From Candidatus Omnitrophota bacterium (GTDB taxonomy: Bacteria; Omnitrophota; Gorgyraeia; Aquiviventales; JACQRC01), in NCBI GenBank assembly GCA_016206665.1, contig JACQRC010000089.1, positions 8,393-72,392 of the forward strand: DNA of 64,000 bases. Reading direction: 5' to 3'. Of the stretch, positions 9,312-16,898 are shown in pieces; the first letter of the stretch is position 1; each line of letters opens with the position of its first letter. Made by a program: the position numbers and the translations under genes. A model generated the notes under the pieces. That model was not told the DNA's origin. It ran no database searches and saw nothing but the letters and a program-made list of their open reading frames with translations.

Positions 9312-10075
9312 GGTGGATCCGATGGGACCATCGGACGTTCGATCTTTGATAGCTGCTACCTCCTTTTACTTTTAGCGAGGCGCGGTACCAAGAGTCGCTG
9401 AGAAGCGGCTGACCAGCCTGCCCCATGAAGACACCGTCATCCAGGACAGCCAATAGTGCGGTTGTCAAGGAAGGCGGGGTCTGTACGAAGGAGCTGGCGC
9501 TGGGTTAGTGTTCGGGCATGTGGTAAGCCAGAGAATTAAGGTGACCTGAGGCCAGACCCACGTAGCAGAACACTGGAAGACCCGGAACCTGTTCCAGTTG
9601 GGCAAGCCTACCCGTGCGGGTAGGAAATGACGTAGGCAGGGGTTCCAGGATGTTTTGGAAGAAGACGGGATCGCTTCCCCTTCCCCGCGGTGCGCGCCGA
9701 GCTTATGCAGGGGTTCCGGGTGCGCAACCCGGCTAGCTGCAGAGGAGGTGATGAAACAATGAGTAAGTGGCAGCTTATTTCAAAGGTCCTGGAGTTGATC
9801 TCGAAGTTAGAAGAGATCATCACCAGCGAGGGGAAGCGAAATTCTGAAGCGTCTGAGCTTCAGGAGTGCAGGGGCGACCTCAGGACTCTGCTAAAAAAAC
9901 TGCGGAGCCCCGGCGAGTCGGTCAACCCGAACGAAGTTCTACTGCTGTCATATAAAGCCGTAGAACACATAGCCTCCTGGCTCGAAGGAAAAGAAGAGAA
10001 GTAGAAACGATCAGACGCGGAAGACCCGTCTTTACTTCCAACAATAAAGTTTCTCCTGCCATTTTTCCTTCCTTA
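9312..10075 (+). ncRNA. Putative retron-associated structured RNA (msr/msd-like hybrid RNA enclosing a small ORF)
   Basis: Many local hairpins (9318-9335, 9607-9624, 9716-9732) and a long-range helix between 9622-9678 and 10019-10069, upstream of HTH+RT; boundaries approximate. Confidence 0.65.
9759..10004 (+). CDS. Small helical protein (81 aa), putative retron effector
   Basis: Strong RBS AGGAGGT at 9743-9749; MSKWQLISKVLELISKLEEII... amphipathic helices. Confidence 0.7.
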   Translation: MSKWQLISKVLELISKLEEIITSEGKRNSEASELQECRGDLRTLLKKLRSPGESVNPNEVLLLSYKAVEHIASWLEGKEEK

Positions 10076-10116
10076 CAATACACCAAGAACCTAAAAAGCG
10101 AACAAGGACGAACATC

Positions 10117-10410
10117 ATGAACGTCGGTGAAGCAATAAAAACGCTGCGGGTGAGGCGGCAGATAACTCAAAAGTTCCTGGCAGAACGATGCGGGATTACG
10201 CAAGGCTTCCTATCCCTTGTTGAAAGAGGAGACAGGGAGCCAGGGTTTGACTTAGTTGAGAAGATATCAGAAACGCTAGGCGTCCCACCACAGCTTATAC
10301 TCCTGCTTGCTTGTGAGAAATACACGCGGGGCAAACGCTACTCAAAACCTTTAAGGAAGATTGCTTTGACTCTAGACGAGCTACTTCACGCCTATTCCGC
10401 CGCTTGCTAA
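10117..10410 (+). CDS. XRE-family HTH protein associated with the RT
   Basis: ITQKFLAERCGITQGFLSLVERGDREP; TAATG overlap with the RT start. Confidence 0.88.
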   Translation: MNVGEAIKTLRVRRQITQKFLAERCGITQGFLSLVERGDREPGFDLVEKISETLGVPPQLILLLACEKYTRGKRYSKPLRKIALTLDELLHAYSAAC

Positions 10411-11333
10411 TGCATCCTCATCGAGCAGGGTCCACCATTTTATCGCCTGAAGAATTCGGGCGAGTTTTGGGCTACGAGCCAGCCTTCCTCCAGGACATGG
10501 TTAAGAATATCGAAAAAAACTACAGCCCCTATTTGGATAGAACAGGAAAGAAGCCACGCTGGATTGCCAGACCATCTGAAACTCTTAAGGGCGTCCAGCG
10601 TAAGATTCTCGATAACTTCCTGGAACTGGTCTCGTTGCCGAATTACGTCATTGGTGGAGTAAAGGGAAGGAAACACGCAGAACATCCAAAGTTACACGTA
10701 GGCCACCCTATCGTTGTGACGCTTGACGTCAAAGATTGCTACCCCAATATCACTTATAAGCAAGTTCTCGAGGTGTTCCGCGAGATCGGATTCTCCAAAG
10801 AAGTTGCGGTTTTGGCTACACGGCTGACAACGTACAGACGTCGGCTACCGTTGGGTGCTCCTAGTAGTACTCAGCTTGCCAATTTAATACTGAAACCAGC
10901 GGTGACGCGTGTCTGCGCCCTCGCAGAACAGGCAGGATTGGATGTTGCGAGTCAGTATATAGATGATCTGGCTTTCTCGGGAGATCAACTGCCTAACGAT
11001 TTCATCACTCTGGCGATCCGAGAATTCTCAAGACACATGATTAAGATTAACCGCAAGAAAATTCAAGTTATGCGTAGAGGCCATACACAACTTGTGACAA
11101 GAAGGCTGGTGAATGCTCGGGTCGCTCTGCCCACAAAGGAAAGACACAGAGTTAGGGCTGCACTTCACCAGCTCGGTAAGCTTGAAGCAAGTGATTCCTC
11201 ATATAGCAAGCAGTTCCTCAGTGTGCGTGGACGGATTCTCTCTTTAAGGAAATTACATCCACATCTTGGGCAACGTCTGATGGCGCAGCTCAACAGTCTG
11301 CAGAAGTCCACAACCAAGAAAACATCGCACTAA
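10410..11333 (+). CDS. Retron-type reverse transcriptase (divergent; type VI-like architecture)
   Basis: RWIARPSETLKGVQRKI, LDVKDCYPNI, LPLGAPSSTQLANL, YIDDLAFS, VTRRLVN; about 307 aa, no maturase or nuclease domain; alternative TTG start at 10404. Confidence 0.88.
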   Translation: MHPHRAGSTILSPEEFGRVLGYEPAFLQDMVKNIEKNYSPYLDRTGKKPRWIARPSETLKGVQRKILDNFLELVSLPNYVIGGVKGRKHAEHPKLHVGHPIVVTLDVKDCYPNITYKQVLEVFREIGFSKEVAVLATRLTTYRRRLPLGAPSSTQLANLILKPAVTRVCALAEQAGLDVASQYIDDLAFSGDQLPNDFITLAIREFSRHMIKINRKKIQVMRRGHTQLVTRRLVNARVALPTKERHRVRAALHQLGKLEASDSSYSKQFLSVRGRILSLRKLHPHLGQRLMAQLNSLQKSTTKKTSH

Positions 11334-11554
11334 TCTGCACTAGTGCCTTCCCGCGCGATAATAGGCCAAAAGAAACCGTACGGTGCTCCAGGGGGGCTGA
11401 CTATCCGTGAAAGCGCAGCGTTGCCAATGACCGCCAAAGTTATAGCCCAGAGAAAATTCGGATCGGCGCTATCATCTTGAATTCGAGGAATGCATCACCT
11501 AACTACAGGCCGAAATAATTTCCGTGTCCCTGAATTTTAAAGGGGGAAGTTTCA

Positions 11555-12202
11555 ATGGTAAAACTTTTCCTCGATATAGAAACCCTGCCCGCTGAAGAGT
11601 CCTTCAAAGCTGAAATTCAGAAGGGGATTCTTGCGCCGCGGGGTCCTAAAAAGAAGGCGGCAAAGGTCGCCGCGGCGCCAGCGACACCTAAGGAACTGGA
11701 AGAGCAATTGCGACAAACGGCCCTCAGCGGGGACTTTGGGCGAATTCTCTGTATTGGATACTGTAAAGAACCTCCTGCGGGGAGTTCTGCTGAGATACTG
11801 CAGGGTGGCGAGCGCGAGATATTGGAAAAGTTTTGGGTGATTGCGAGAGATGTCGATCTTTTTATTGGGCACAACGTTATGGAGTTCGATTTAAGGTTCA
11901 TCTACAAAAGGTCGATCATTCACAAAGTGAGGCCGACGAAAAACGATTTGAGCTTCGCACGATATCGCAGCCAACCAATCTACGACATCATGCGAGAGTG
12001 GGAAAAGTGGGACGTACAGACGTACACCTCTCTTGACAGAATGGCCAAAGTTTTGGGATTGGAGACTTCAAAGAAGGGACTGTCTGGAGACAAGGTTTAC
12101 GACGCTTTCCTGGCTGGGAAACTTAATGAGATCTACGAATATTGCAAGGCGGATGTTGAGCTGACGAGGCAGATTTATAAGCGAATGAATTTCGAGATCT
12201 AG
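11555..12202 (+). CDS. DnaQ/PolB-like 3'-5' exonuclease (RNase H-like fold)
   Basis: ExoI FLDIET, ExoII GHNVMEFDL, ExoIII YCKADV. Confidence 0.82.
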   Translation: MVKLFLDIETLPAEESFKAEIQKGILAPRGPKKKAAKVAAAPATPKELEEQLRQTALSGDFGRILCIGYCKEPPAGSSAEILQGGEREILEKFWVIARDVDLFIGHNVMEFDLRFIYKRSIIHKVRPTKNDLSFARYRSQPIYDIMREWEKWDVQTYTSLDRMAKVLGLETSKKGLSGDKVYDAFLAGKLNEIYEYCKADVELTRQIYKRMNFEI

Positions 12203-12248
12203 TAAAGGTACCAGCTTCCTCCGTGCCAGGTTAACCGAAGCATAGCTG

Positions 12249-12386
12249 ATGAGCACAAAACTAATTGACCCAGACAAAATCCAGATCGGCGACGTGGTGT
12301 TGGTGGCCACGCGGAATCGGATTACGGAGTGGGTGCAACGGAAGCTGGGGTTTGGGGATCGGAGGGCCGTTGAGGACGACACTTGA
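12249..12386 (+). pseudogene. Truncated N-terminus, possibly of a permuted papain-like (YiiX/NlpC) protein
   Basis: Hand translation MSTKLIDPDKIQIGDVVLVATRNRITEWVQRKLGFG...*; ends at the vapBC promoter. Confidence 0.35.
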
Positions 12387-12417
12387 CATGCATAAAAACT
12401 CATGCTATCTTATGCAT
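12383..12417 (+). promoter_or_regulatory. vapBC promoter and operator
   Basis: TTGACA-17 nt-TATCTT with IR ATGCATAA (12388-12395) / TTATGCAT (12410-12417). Confidence 0.7.
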
Positions 12418-12430
12418 TGGAGGTGACCCC

Positions 12431-12631
12431 ATGCGGACGACCCTGGACATCAACGCGCGGTTGCTGCGGGACGCCATGCGGCGCGCCCGCCTCAAGACGA
12501 AGACCGAGACGGTGGAGCGCGGGCTGGAGGAGCTCATCAATACCGAGCGGCGCCGGCGGCTGATCCGAGCCCGGGGCGCGGGTTACGGATTGACCTTCGA
12601 GGACTTCCTGCGTTCCCGCCGGGATGAGTAG
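12431..12631 (+). CDS. vapB: VapB antitoxin
   Basis: MRTTLDIN..LL..AM.....KTKTETV..GLEELI; RBS GGAGGT; overlaps vapC. Confidence 0.85.
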   Translation: MRTTLDINARLLRDAMRRARLKTKTETVERGLEELINTERRRRLIRARGAGYGLTFEDFLRSRRDE

Positions 12632-13028
12632 ACAGCTCGTCCTCGCGGACACCTCGGTCTGGGTGGCGCACCTGACCGGGCGTCACACAGCGGTGACGAA
12701 CGCCCTGCAAGAGCTCCTGTCCGCACACCGCGTGGCCGTCAATGCCGTGATTCGGCTCGAGCTGTTGACCGGCGCCCGGGACGAGGCCCAGTACGCCGAA
12801 CTCGATGACGCCCTGGGCGGCTTGCACGCGGTGGAGCTGACGGAGGCCGTCTGGCGCCAGGCCGAGCGGCTGCGGTTCGACTTGCGACGGCGCGGGCGGT
12901 TGATTCCCGCCCTGGATGTGCTCATCGCCTCCTGCGCGATGGCGTATGATTGCGCCGTGCTGCATGCCGACCGCCACTTCGACTTCATCGCGCGCAGCGC
13001 TCCACTGACGATTCATCAGCCCGCCTAA
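12624..13028 (+). CDS. vapC: VapC PIN-domain toxin
   Basis: LADTSVWV, ELLTG, DVLIASCA, HADRHF PIN motifs. Confidence 0.9.
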   Translation: MSRQLVLADTSVWVAHLTGRHTAVTNALQELLSAHRVAVNAVIRLELLTGARDEAQYAELDDALGGLHAVELTEAVWRQAERLRFDLRRRGRLIPALDVLIASCAMAYDCAVLHADRHFDFIARSAPLTIHQPA

Positions 13029-13306
13029 GTGCTTGCCGTGGAAGCCGTACCAGGTTCCAGGGGGACAGGTTATCAGTCAAAGTACCAGGGCACTTGGTGC
13101 CAGGGTGAGGAGACCGGCGCATGGGAAAATCCTTGCCTTCAGCTTTGGCCGGCCTATAATATCATTACCCTTCCGTACGAAGCGATCTTATCGTGGAGAT
13201 GTTACCCGCGGCAGGGGCGAGACCTGGAGGGTGTGGCAGGCAGGTCGCCGGCGGGTAGCTACATCGTCCACGATCCTACCAGGCCCACTTTCATGTTATA
13301 CTTAGC

Positions 13307-13564
13307 GTGAGTGAACCGTACGACCCTACGGCCTTTCAGGAGATCATCTGTACCGGCCACGCCCGTGAACGCATGGAGAAGCGCGGCGTCAGCCGGGACG
13401 ATGTGGAGACGACACTGCAGCGTCCCGATGTCATCTTGCCGGTCATGCCGGATGGGACGAGAGAATTGCGCCGGCGTATCGGGCGGCGAGTGCATTATGT
13501 CGTCATCGCCCTGAAGCGCCAGCAGGCTATCTTGATTACCACGGGGTGGAGCCGAGAACCATGA
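13307..13564 (+). CDS. DUF4258-like protein (RelE/BrnT-like fold)
   Basis: TGHARERMEKRGVSRDDV...ILITT; overlaps the next gene. Confidence 0.7.
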   Translation: MSEPYDPTAFQEIICTGHARERMEKRGVSRDDVETTLQRPDVILPVMPDGTRELRRRIGRRVHYVVIALKRQQAILITTGWSREP

Positions 13565-13857
13565 AACCGAGCAAATTTGCCGAGCATCCCACCGTCAAGC
13601 TGGTGACCTATGACCCGGTGGCCCACGCCGCCTACTTCCTGTTCGAGGACCGGCCGGTGGCCGAGACCAAAAAGTTTAACGCCTATATCTCGTTAGATTT
13701 GGATGAGGCCGGCCGGTTGATCGGCATCGAGGTGCTGCACCTGAATGGTTCCAAGCTGCATGAGGTGGAGGAGGCTCTTCAAGAGGTCGCGCGAATGTTT
13801 CGGCGGCCCGAAGTTACCCACATTCACCTCGACGCCCTGCAGGAAGCTTTTCAGTAA
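13561..13857 (+). CDS. DUF2283-like protein
   Basis: YDPVAHAAYF...LDLDEAGRLIGIEVL. Confidence 0.75.
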   Translation: MKPSKFAEHPTVKLVTYDPVAHAAYFLFEDRPVAETKKFNAYISLDLDEAGRLIGIEVLHLNGSKLHEVEEALQEVARMFRRPEVTHIHLDALQEAFQ

Positions 13858-14022
13858 ACACGGTACGCCTACCATCTCTCCTACGAAACAGCGCAAGGTC
13901 AATTGATGTGCCATAAAAATACCAGCCACCTCGGTACCAGGATGAGGCTGCCGATGCTACGGCGCTGGGTGCAGGTGGGCGCGGGTCTGGTCTGTTGTCA
14001 CGCGATACTGTCAGGAGGTGAG

Positions 14023-14535
14023 ATGATGGGCACGGCGCACGCGAGTGAGACGGAGAAGGCCAAGGTGGCGGTCGGGCAGACCGCGCCCGAGTTTACGCTC
14101 TTGGATCAAGCCGGCCAGCCCCAGCGGTTGGCCGACTACCGGGGGCAGTGGGTGCTGGTCTACTTTTATCCCAAGGATGATACGCCCGGCTGCACGAAGG
14201 AGGCCTGCGGTCTCCGGGATCGCTTCGCGGAGTTCAAGAAGCTCAAGGCGGTCGTGTTAGGGGTGAGCGCGGATTCGGTGGAGAGCCACAAGAAGTTTGC
14301 CGACAAGTTCACGCTGCCGTTTCCCCTGCTCGCCGACACCCAGAAGCAGGTCGTGCAGGCCTACGGGGTGTGGGGGCAGAAGTCGTTCATGGGCAAGACG
14401 TACCTGGGGATCAGCCGCAGCTCATTTCTCATCGATCCGCAGGGGAAGATCGCGAAAATCTATCCGAAGGTCAAGCCCGAAGAGCACACGGCGGAGATCC
14501 TGCAGGATTTGGCGCAGCTCGGCGCGCGCGGCTGA
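14023..14535 (+). CDS. bcp: Thioredoxin-dependent thiol peroxidase BCP
   Basis: YFYPKDDTPGCTKEAC; start taken after AGGAGGT, an upstream start is possible. Confidence 0.92.
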   Translation: MMGTAHASETEKAKVAVGQTAPEFTLLDQAGQPQRLADYRGQWVLVYFYPKDDTPGCTKEACGLRDRFAEFKKLKAVVLGVSADSVESHKKFADKFTLPFPLLADTQKQVVQAYGVWGQKSFMGKTYLGISRSSFLIDPQGKIAKIYPKVKPEEHTAEILQDLAQLGARG

Positions 14536-14539
14536 TGCG

Positions 14540-15433
14540 ATGCAGGTGACGGTGCGCGTGACGGCGCGATCGAGACGGCCGGGTATCGTCCAACAGGGCG
14601 ATGGCAGCCTCCACGTCCGAGTGACGGCGCCGGCGGAGGGCGGGCGGGCGAATGCGGCGGTCATCGCAGCGCTGGCGCGCCACTTCGGCGTGCCGAAGCA
14701 GGCGGTCGCCATCGTGCGCGGCCACACGAACCGGCAAAAAGTGGTGGAGATTGCGCGGGAAGGAGTGACGATGCGAAACAAGCCATGGAGGGTGGTGGCC
14801 ATCGTGGCCATGGCCGGCTGGCTGGTGGCCGGTCAGGCCTTGGCGGCGACGACGAAGGATAAAGAGGGGCTGTTGGCGCTGGGCGCGAAGGCGCCGGGGT
14901 TTGCGTTGCAGGATGTGGTGACGCTTCGGGAATGGTCACTGAAGGACTGGGCCGACAAGGAAGTTCTCGTCGTCATGTTTATTTGTCGCCATTGTCCGTA
15001 TGTGCAGCGAGTCAAGGGCGGGTTAGCGCAGTTGGGCAGGGATTATGCCGACAAAGATGTGGGGATTGCGGCGATTAGCAGCAATGATCCGAAGGCGATC
15101 CCAGAGGATAGCCCGGGGAAGTTAAAGGGGATGGCGCTGGAAGAGGGGTTTGTGTTTCCGTTGCTGTTCGATGAGACCCAGAAGGTTGCGGCGGCCTACA
15201 CGGCGCTGTGCACGCCGGATATCTTCGTCTTCGATGCGCAGCGGCGGCTGGTCTACCGTGGCCAGTTCGACGATGCCCGGCCGGGCAACCGCTCACCGGT
15301 GACCGGCCAAGACGTCCGCGCCGCCATCGAGGCGGTCCTGGCGGGCCAGCCCGTTTCCTCCAATCAGCGCCCCAGCGTCGGCTGCGGGATTAAGTGGCAA
15401 CCCGGCCGCGAGCCGGCATACACCCGACGATAA
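14540..15433 (+). CDS. DUF167 (YggU) domain in frame with an AhpC/TSA thioredoxin-family protein (internal start 14771)
   Basis: VTAPAEGGRAN...VRGHTNRQKVVEI, then signal peptide MRNKPW..., FICRHCPYV, CTPDIFVFD, GCGIKW. Confidence 0.8.
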   Translation: MQVTVRVTARSRRPGIVQQGDGSLHVRVTAPAEGGRANAAVIAALARHFGVPKQAVAIVRGHTNRQKVVEIAREGVTMRNKPWRVVAIVAMAGWLVAGQALAATTKDKEGLLALGAKAPGFALQDVVTLREWSLKDWADKEVLVVMFICRHCPYVQRVKGGLAQLGRDYADKDVGIAAISSNDPKAIPEDSPGKLKGMALEEGFVFPLLFDETQKVAAAYTALCTPDIFVFDAQRRLVYRGQFDDARPGNRSPVTGQDVRAAIEAVLAGQPVSSNQRPSVGCGIKWQPGREPAYTRR

Positions 15434-15499
15434 GATCGGGTGAGGCTCGTCCACCGAGGTTGTGATTACCATCGTCTTCGTCTGCTCCAACAGTCAATC

Positions 15500-15517
15500 T
15501 GTTGCGACTTTTCAACA
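15500..15517 (+). promoter_or_regulatory. Putative enhancer (bEBP binding site)
   Basis: TGTTG-N8-CAACA, starting 138 bp before the sigma54 site. Confidence 0.6.
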
Positions 15518-15637
15518 TCTGCTCTCCACTCTAAGCCTACCCAGCGAGGCTCCCCCGTTGCCATCCAGTCGTAAGTAACAGATAACAGCATATAAATAAA
15601 CAGGTTATAGATTTCGGGCTCTTCCAAGCCAGAGAGT

Positions 15638-15653
15638 TGGCATGCCATCTGCT
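15638..15653 (+). promoter_or_regulatory. Sigma54 -24/-12 promoter of the EPS operon
   Basis: TGGCAT-N5-CTGCT; AT-rich IHF-like tract upstream. Confidence 0.7.
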
Positions 15654-15710
15654 TCTATGTCTGTCATAGACAGTCCAAGTCGAACTTATCTATTAGGAGG
15701 CGTTAGACAG

Positions 15711-15893
15711 ATGGTACCAGGCCGGTTGAGCATCACCGAGGTGGCGAGGCAGCTCAGCGTGACGACGAAGACCATCACGCGCTGGGAGAAGGCCGGTAAG
15801 ATCAAGTCGGCCAAGCGGGATTATCGCGGCTGGCGCGTCTATTCGCCGGAAGAGGTCCAGACGATCAAGAGTCTGGTGGAAACGGTCTATTAA
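15711..15893 (+). CDS. Small MerR-type HTH DNA-binding protein
   Basis: LSITEVARQLSVTTKTITRWEKAGKI...RDYRGWRVYS; RBS AGGAGG. Confidence 0.85.
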   Translation: MVPGRLSITEVARQLSVTTKTITRWEKAGKIKSAKRDYRGWRVYSPEEVQTIKSLVETVY

Positions 15894-15900
15894 GGTAGGG

Positions 15901-16896
15901 ATGGCCATGCGACGGACGCAGGGGAGGATTCGGATGATGAGCGAGTGCCGGAAGTCCGGGAGCTGCAGGACCCTCTGGTTCGTGCTCGTGGTGGCGGTGG
16001 TGGGGATGGGCGTGGCCCAACCGGGATGGGCCGACGAGACGACCGCGCCGGCATCGGCCTCGGCCCAGCCGCAGGCGCCCACGCAGGCTGTCTCGGAGCC
16101 CTCCACCGGTCAGGCCATCCCGGCCACCTCCGGAGAGATCATCGGCTACCAACCGATCCCCAATAGCGTCCTCGCAGGCATCGCCGCCTCGAATGCGGCC
16201 GCCGTGGCCTCGCCCGCCGCCCAGGAAGGCCAGGCCGCCGCCACCCGGACGAGGGTGCCCACCGACTTTCCGCCGCCGCCCACGACGTACGACCCCATGA
16301 CCTGGTTCGTCGGCCAGGGGCCTTACACGTTGGGCCGGGATGACGTCATCCGCATCCAGGTGCGCAACCAGCCGGACTTTAGCGGCGACTTCATCATCGA
16401 TCCCGAGGGCAGCATCCAGTACAACTACCTCAGCGATATCAAGGTCCTGGGGATGACGAAGACGGAGGTGGAGCAACTGCTCACGCAGCGGCTCGAGCAG
16501 TACATCCGCGCGCCGCAGGTGAGCGTCGTCATCCTGCAGTACAACTCCAAGGCCGTCTACGTCGTAGGCGAGGTGGCCCGGCCCGGCAAGTACATCATGC
16601 GGGGCGATGTGATCAAGCTGCGGGAGGCGATCGTGGCGTCGGGGCTGCCCACGCGCACGGCGGCCCTGGGCCGGACCCACGTCGTCAAGCCTGACCTGGA
16701 CCATCCGCGGATCCGGAAGATCAATTTGAAAAAGATCCTCTATAAAGGCCGGCTCAAGGACGACATCGACCTCTATCCGGGCGAAATCGTCGTCGTCCCC
16801 TCGACCGTGCTGGCTTCCATCAACAACTTCCTCAGCCAACTGCTCAACCCCTTCACCCGCGCCACGGCCGCCGCCGCCGTGGGCGCCGCGCTCTAA
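15901..16896 (+). CDS. Polysaccharide export protein (Wza/Poly_export + SLBB)
   Basis: YTLGRDDVIRIQV, VYVVGEVARPGKY, DIDLYPGEIVVVP. Confidence 0.85.
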   Translation: MAMRRTQGRIRMMSECRKSGSCRTLWFVLVVAVVGMGVAQPGWADETTAPASASAQPQAPTQAVSEPSTGQAIPATSGEIIGYQPIPNSVLAGIAASNAAAVASPAAQEGQAAATRTRVPTDFPPPPTTYDPMTWFVGQGPYTLGRDDVIRIQVRNQPDFSGDFIIDPEGSIQYNYLSDIKVLGMTKTEVEQLLTQRLEQYIRAPQVSVVILQYNSKAVYVVGEVARPGKYIMRGDVIKLREAIVASGLPTRTAALGRTHVVKPDLDHPRIRKINLKKILYKGRLKDDIDLYPGEIVVVPSTVLASINNFLSQLLNPFTRATAAAAVGAAL

Positions 16897-16898
16897 CC

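Larger units (their letters stand above)
3444..12202. other. AT-richer defence island
   Basis: Visibly more A/T-rich than the flanks (not computed); holds R-M, RT, exonuclease and orphan genes; no integrase seen. Confidence 0.7.

Noticed and set aside
9312-9750. Leader as tRNA, tmRNA, RNase P RNA or a known riboswitch
   Set aside because: I recognised no cloverleaf or hallmark conserved sequence by eye; an Rfam search is still needed.
9690-9758. Longer GTG start for the small retron-associated ORF
   Set aside because: The strong RBS sits before ATG 9759 and the upstream part is structured RNA.
10410-11333. RT as a group II intron, DGR or CRISPR-associated RT
   Set aside because: It is short, with no maturase or endonuclease domain; no TR/VR repeat pair, avd or cas genes are seen; motif layout is retron-like.
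3444-13857. Prophage or integrative element
   Set aside because: No integrase, transposase, phage structural genes, tRNA target or long flanking att repeats were seen.
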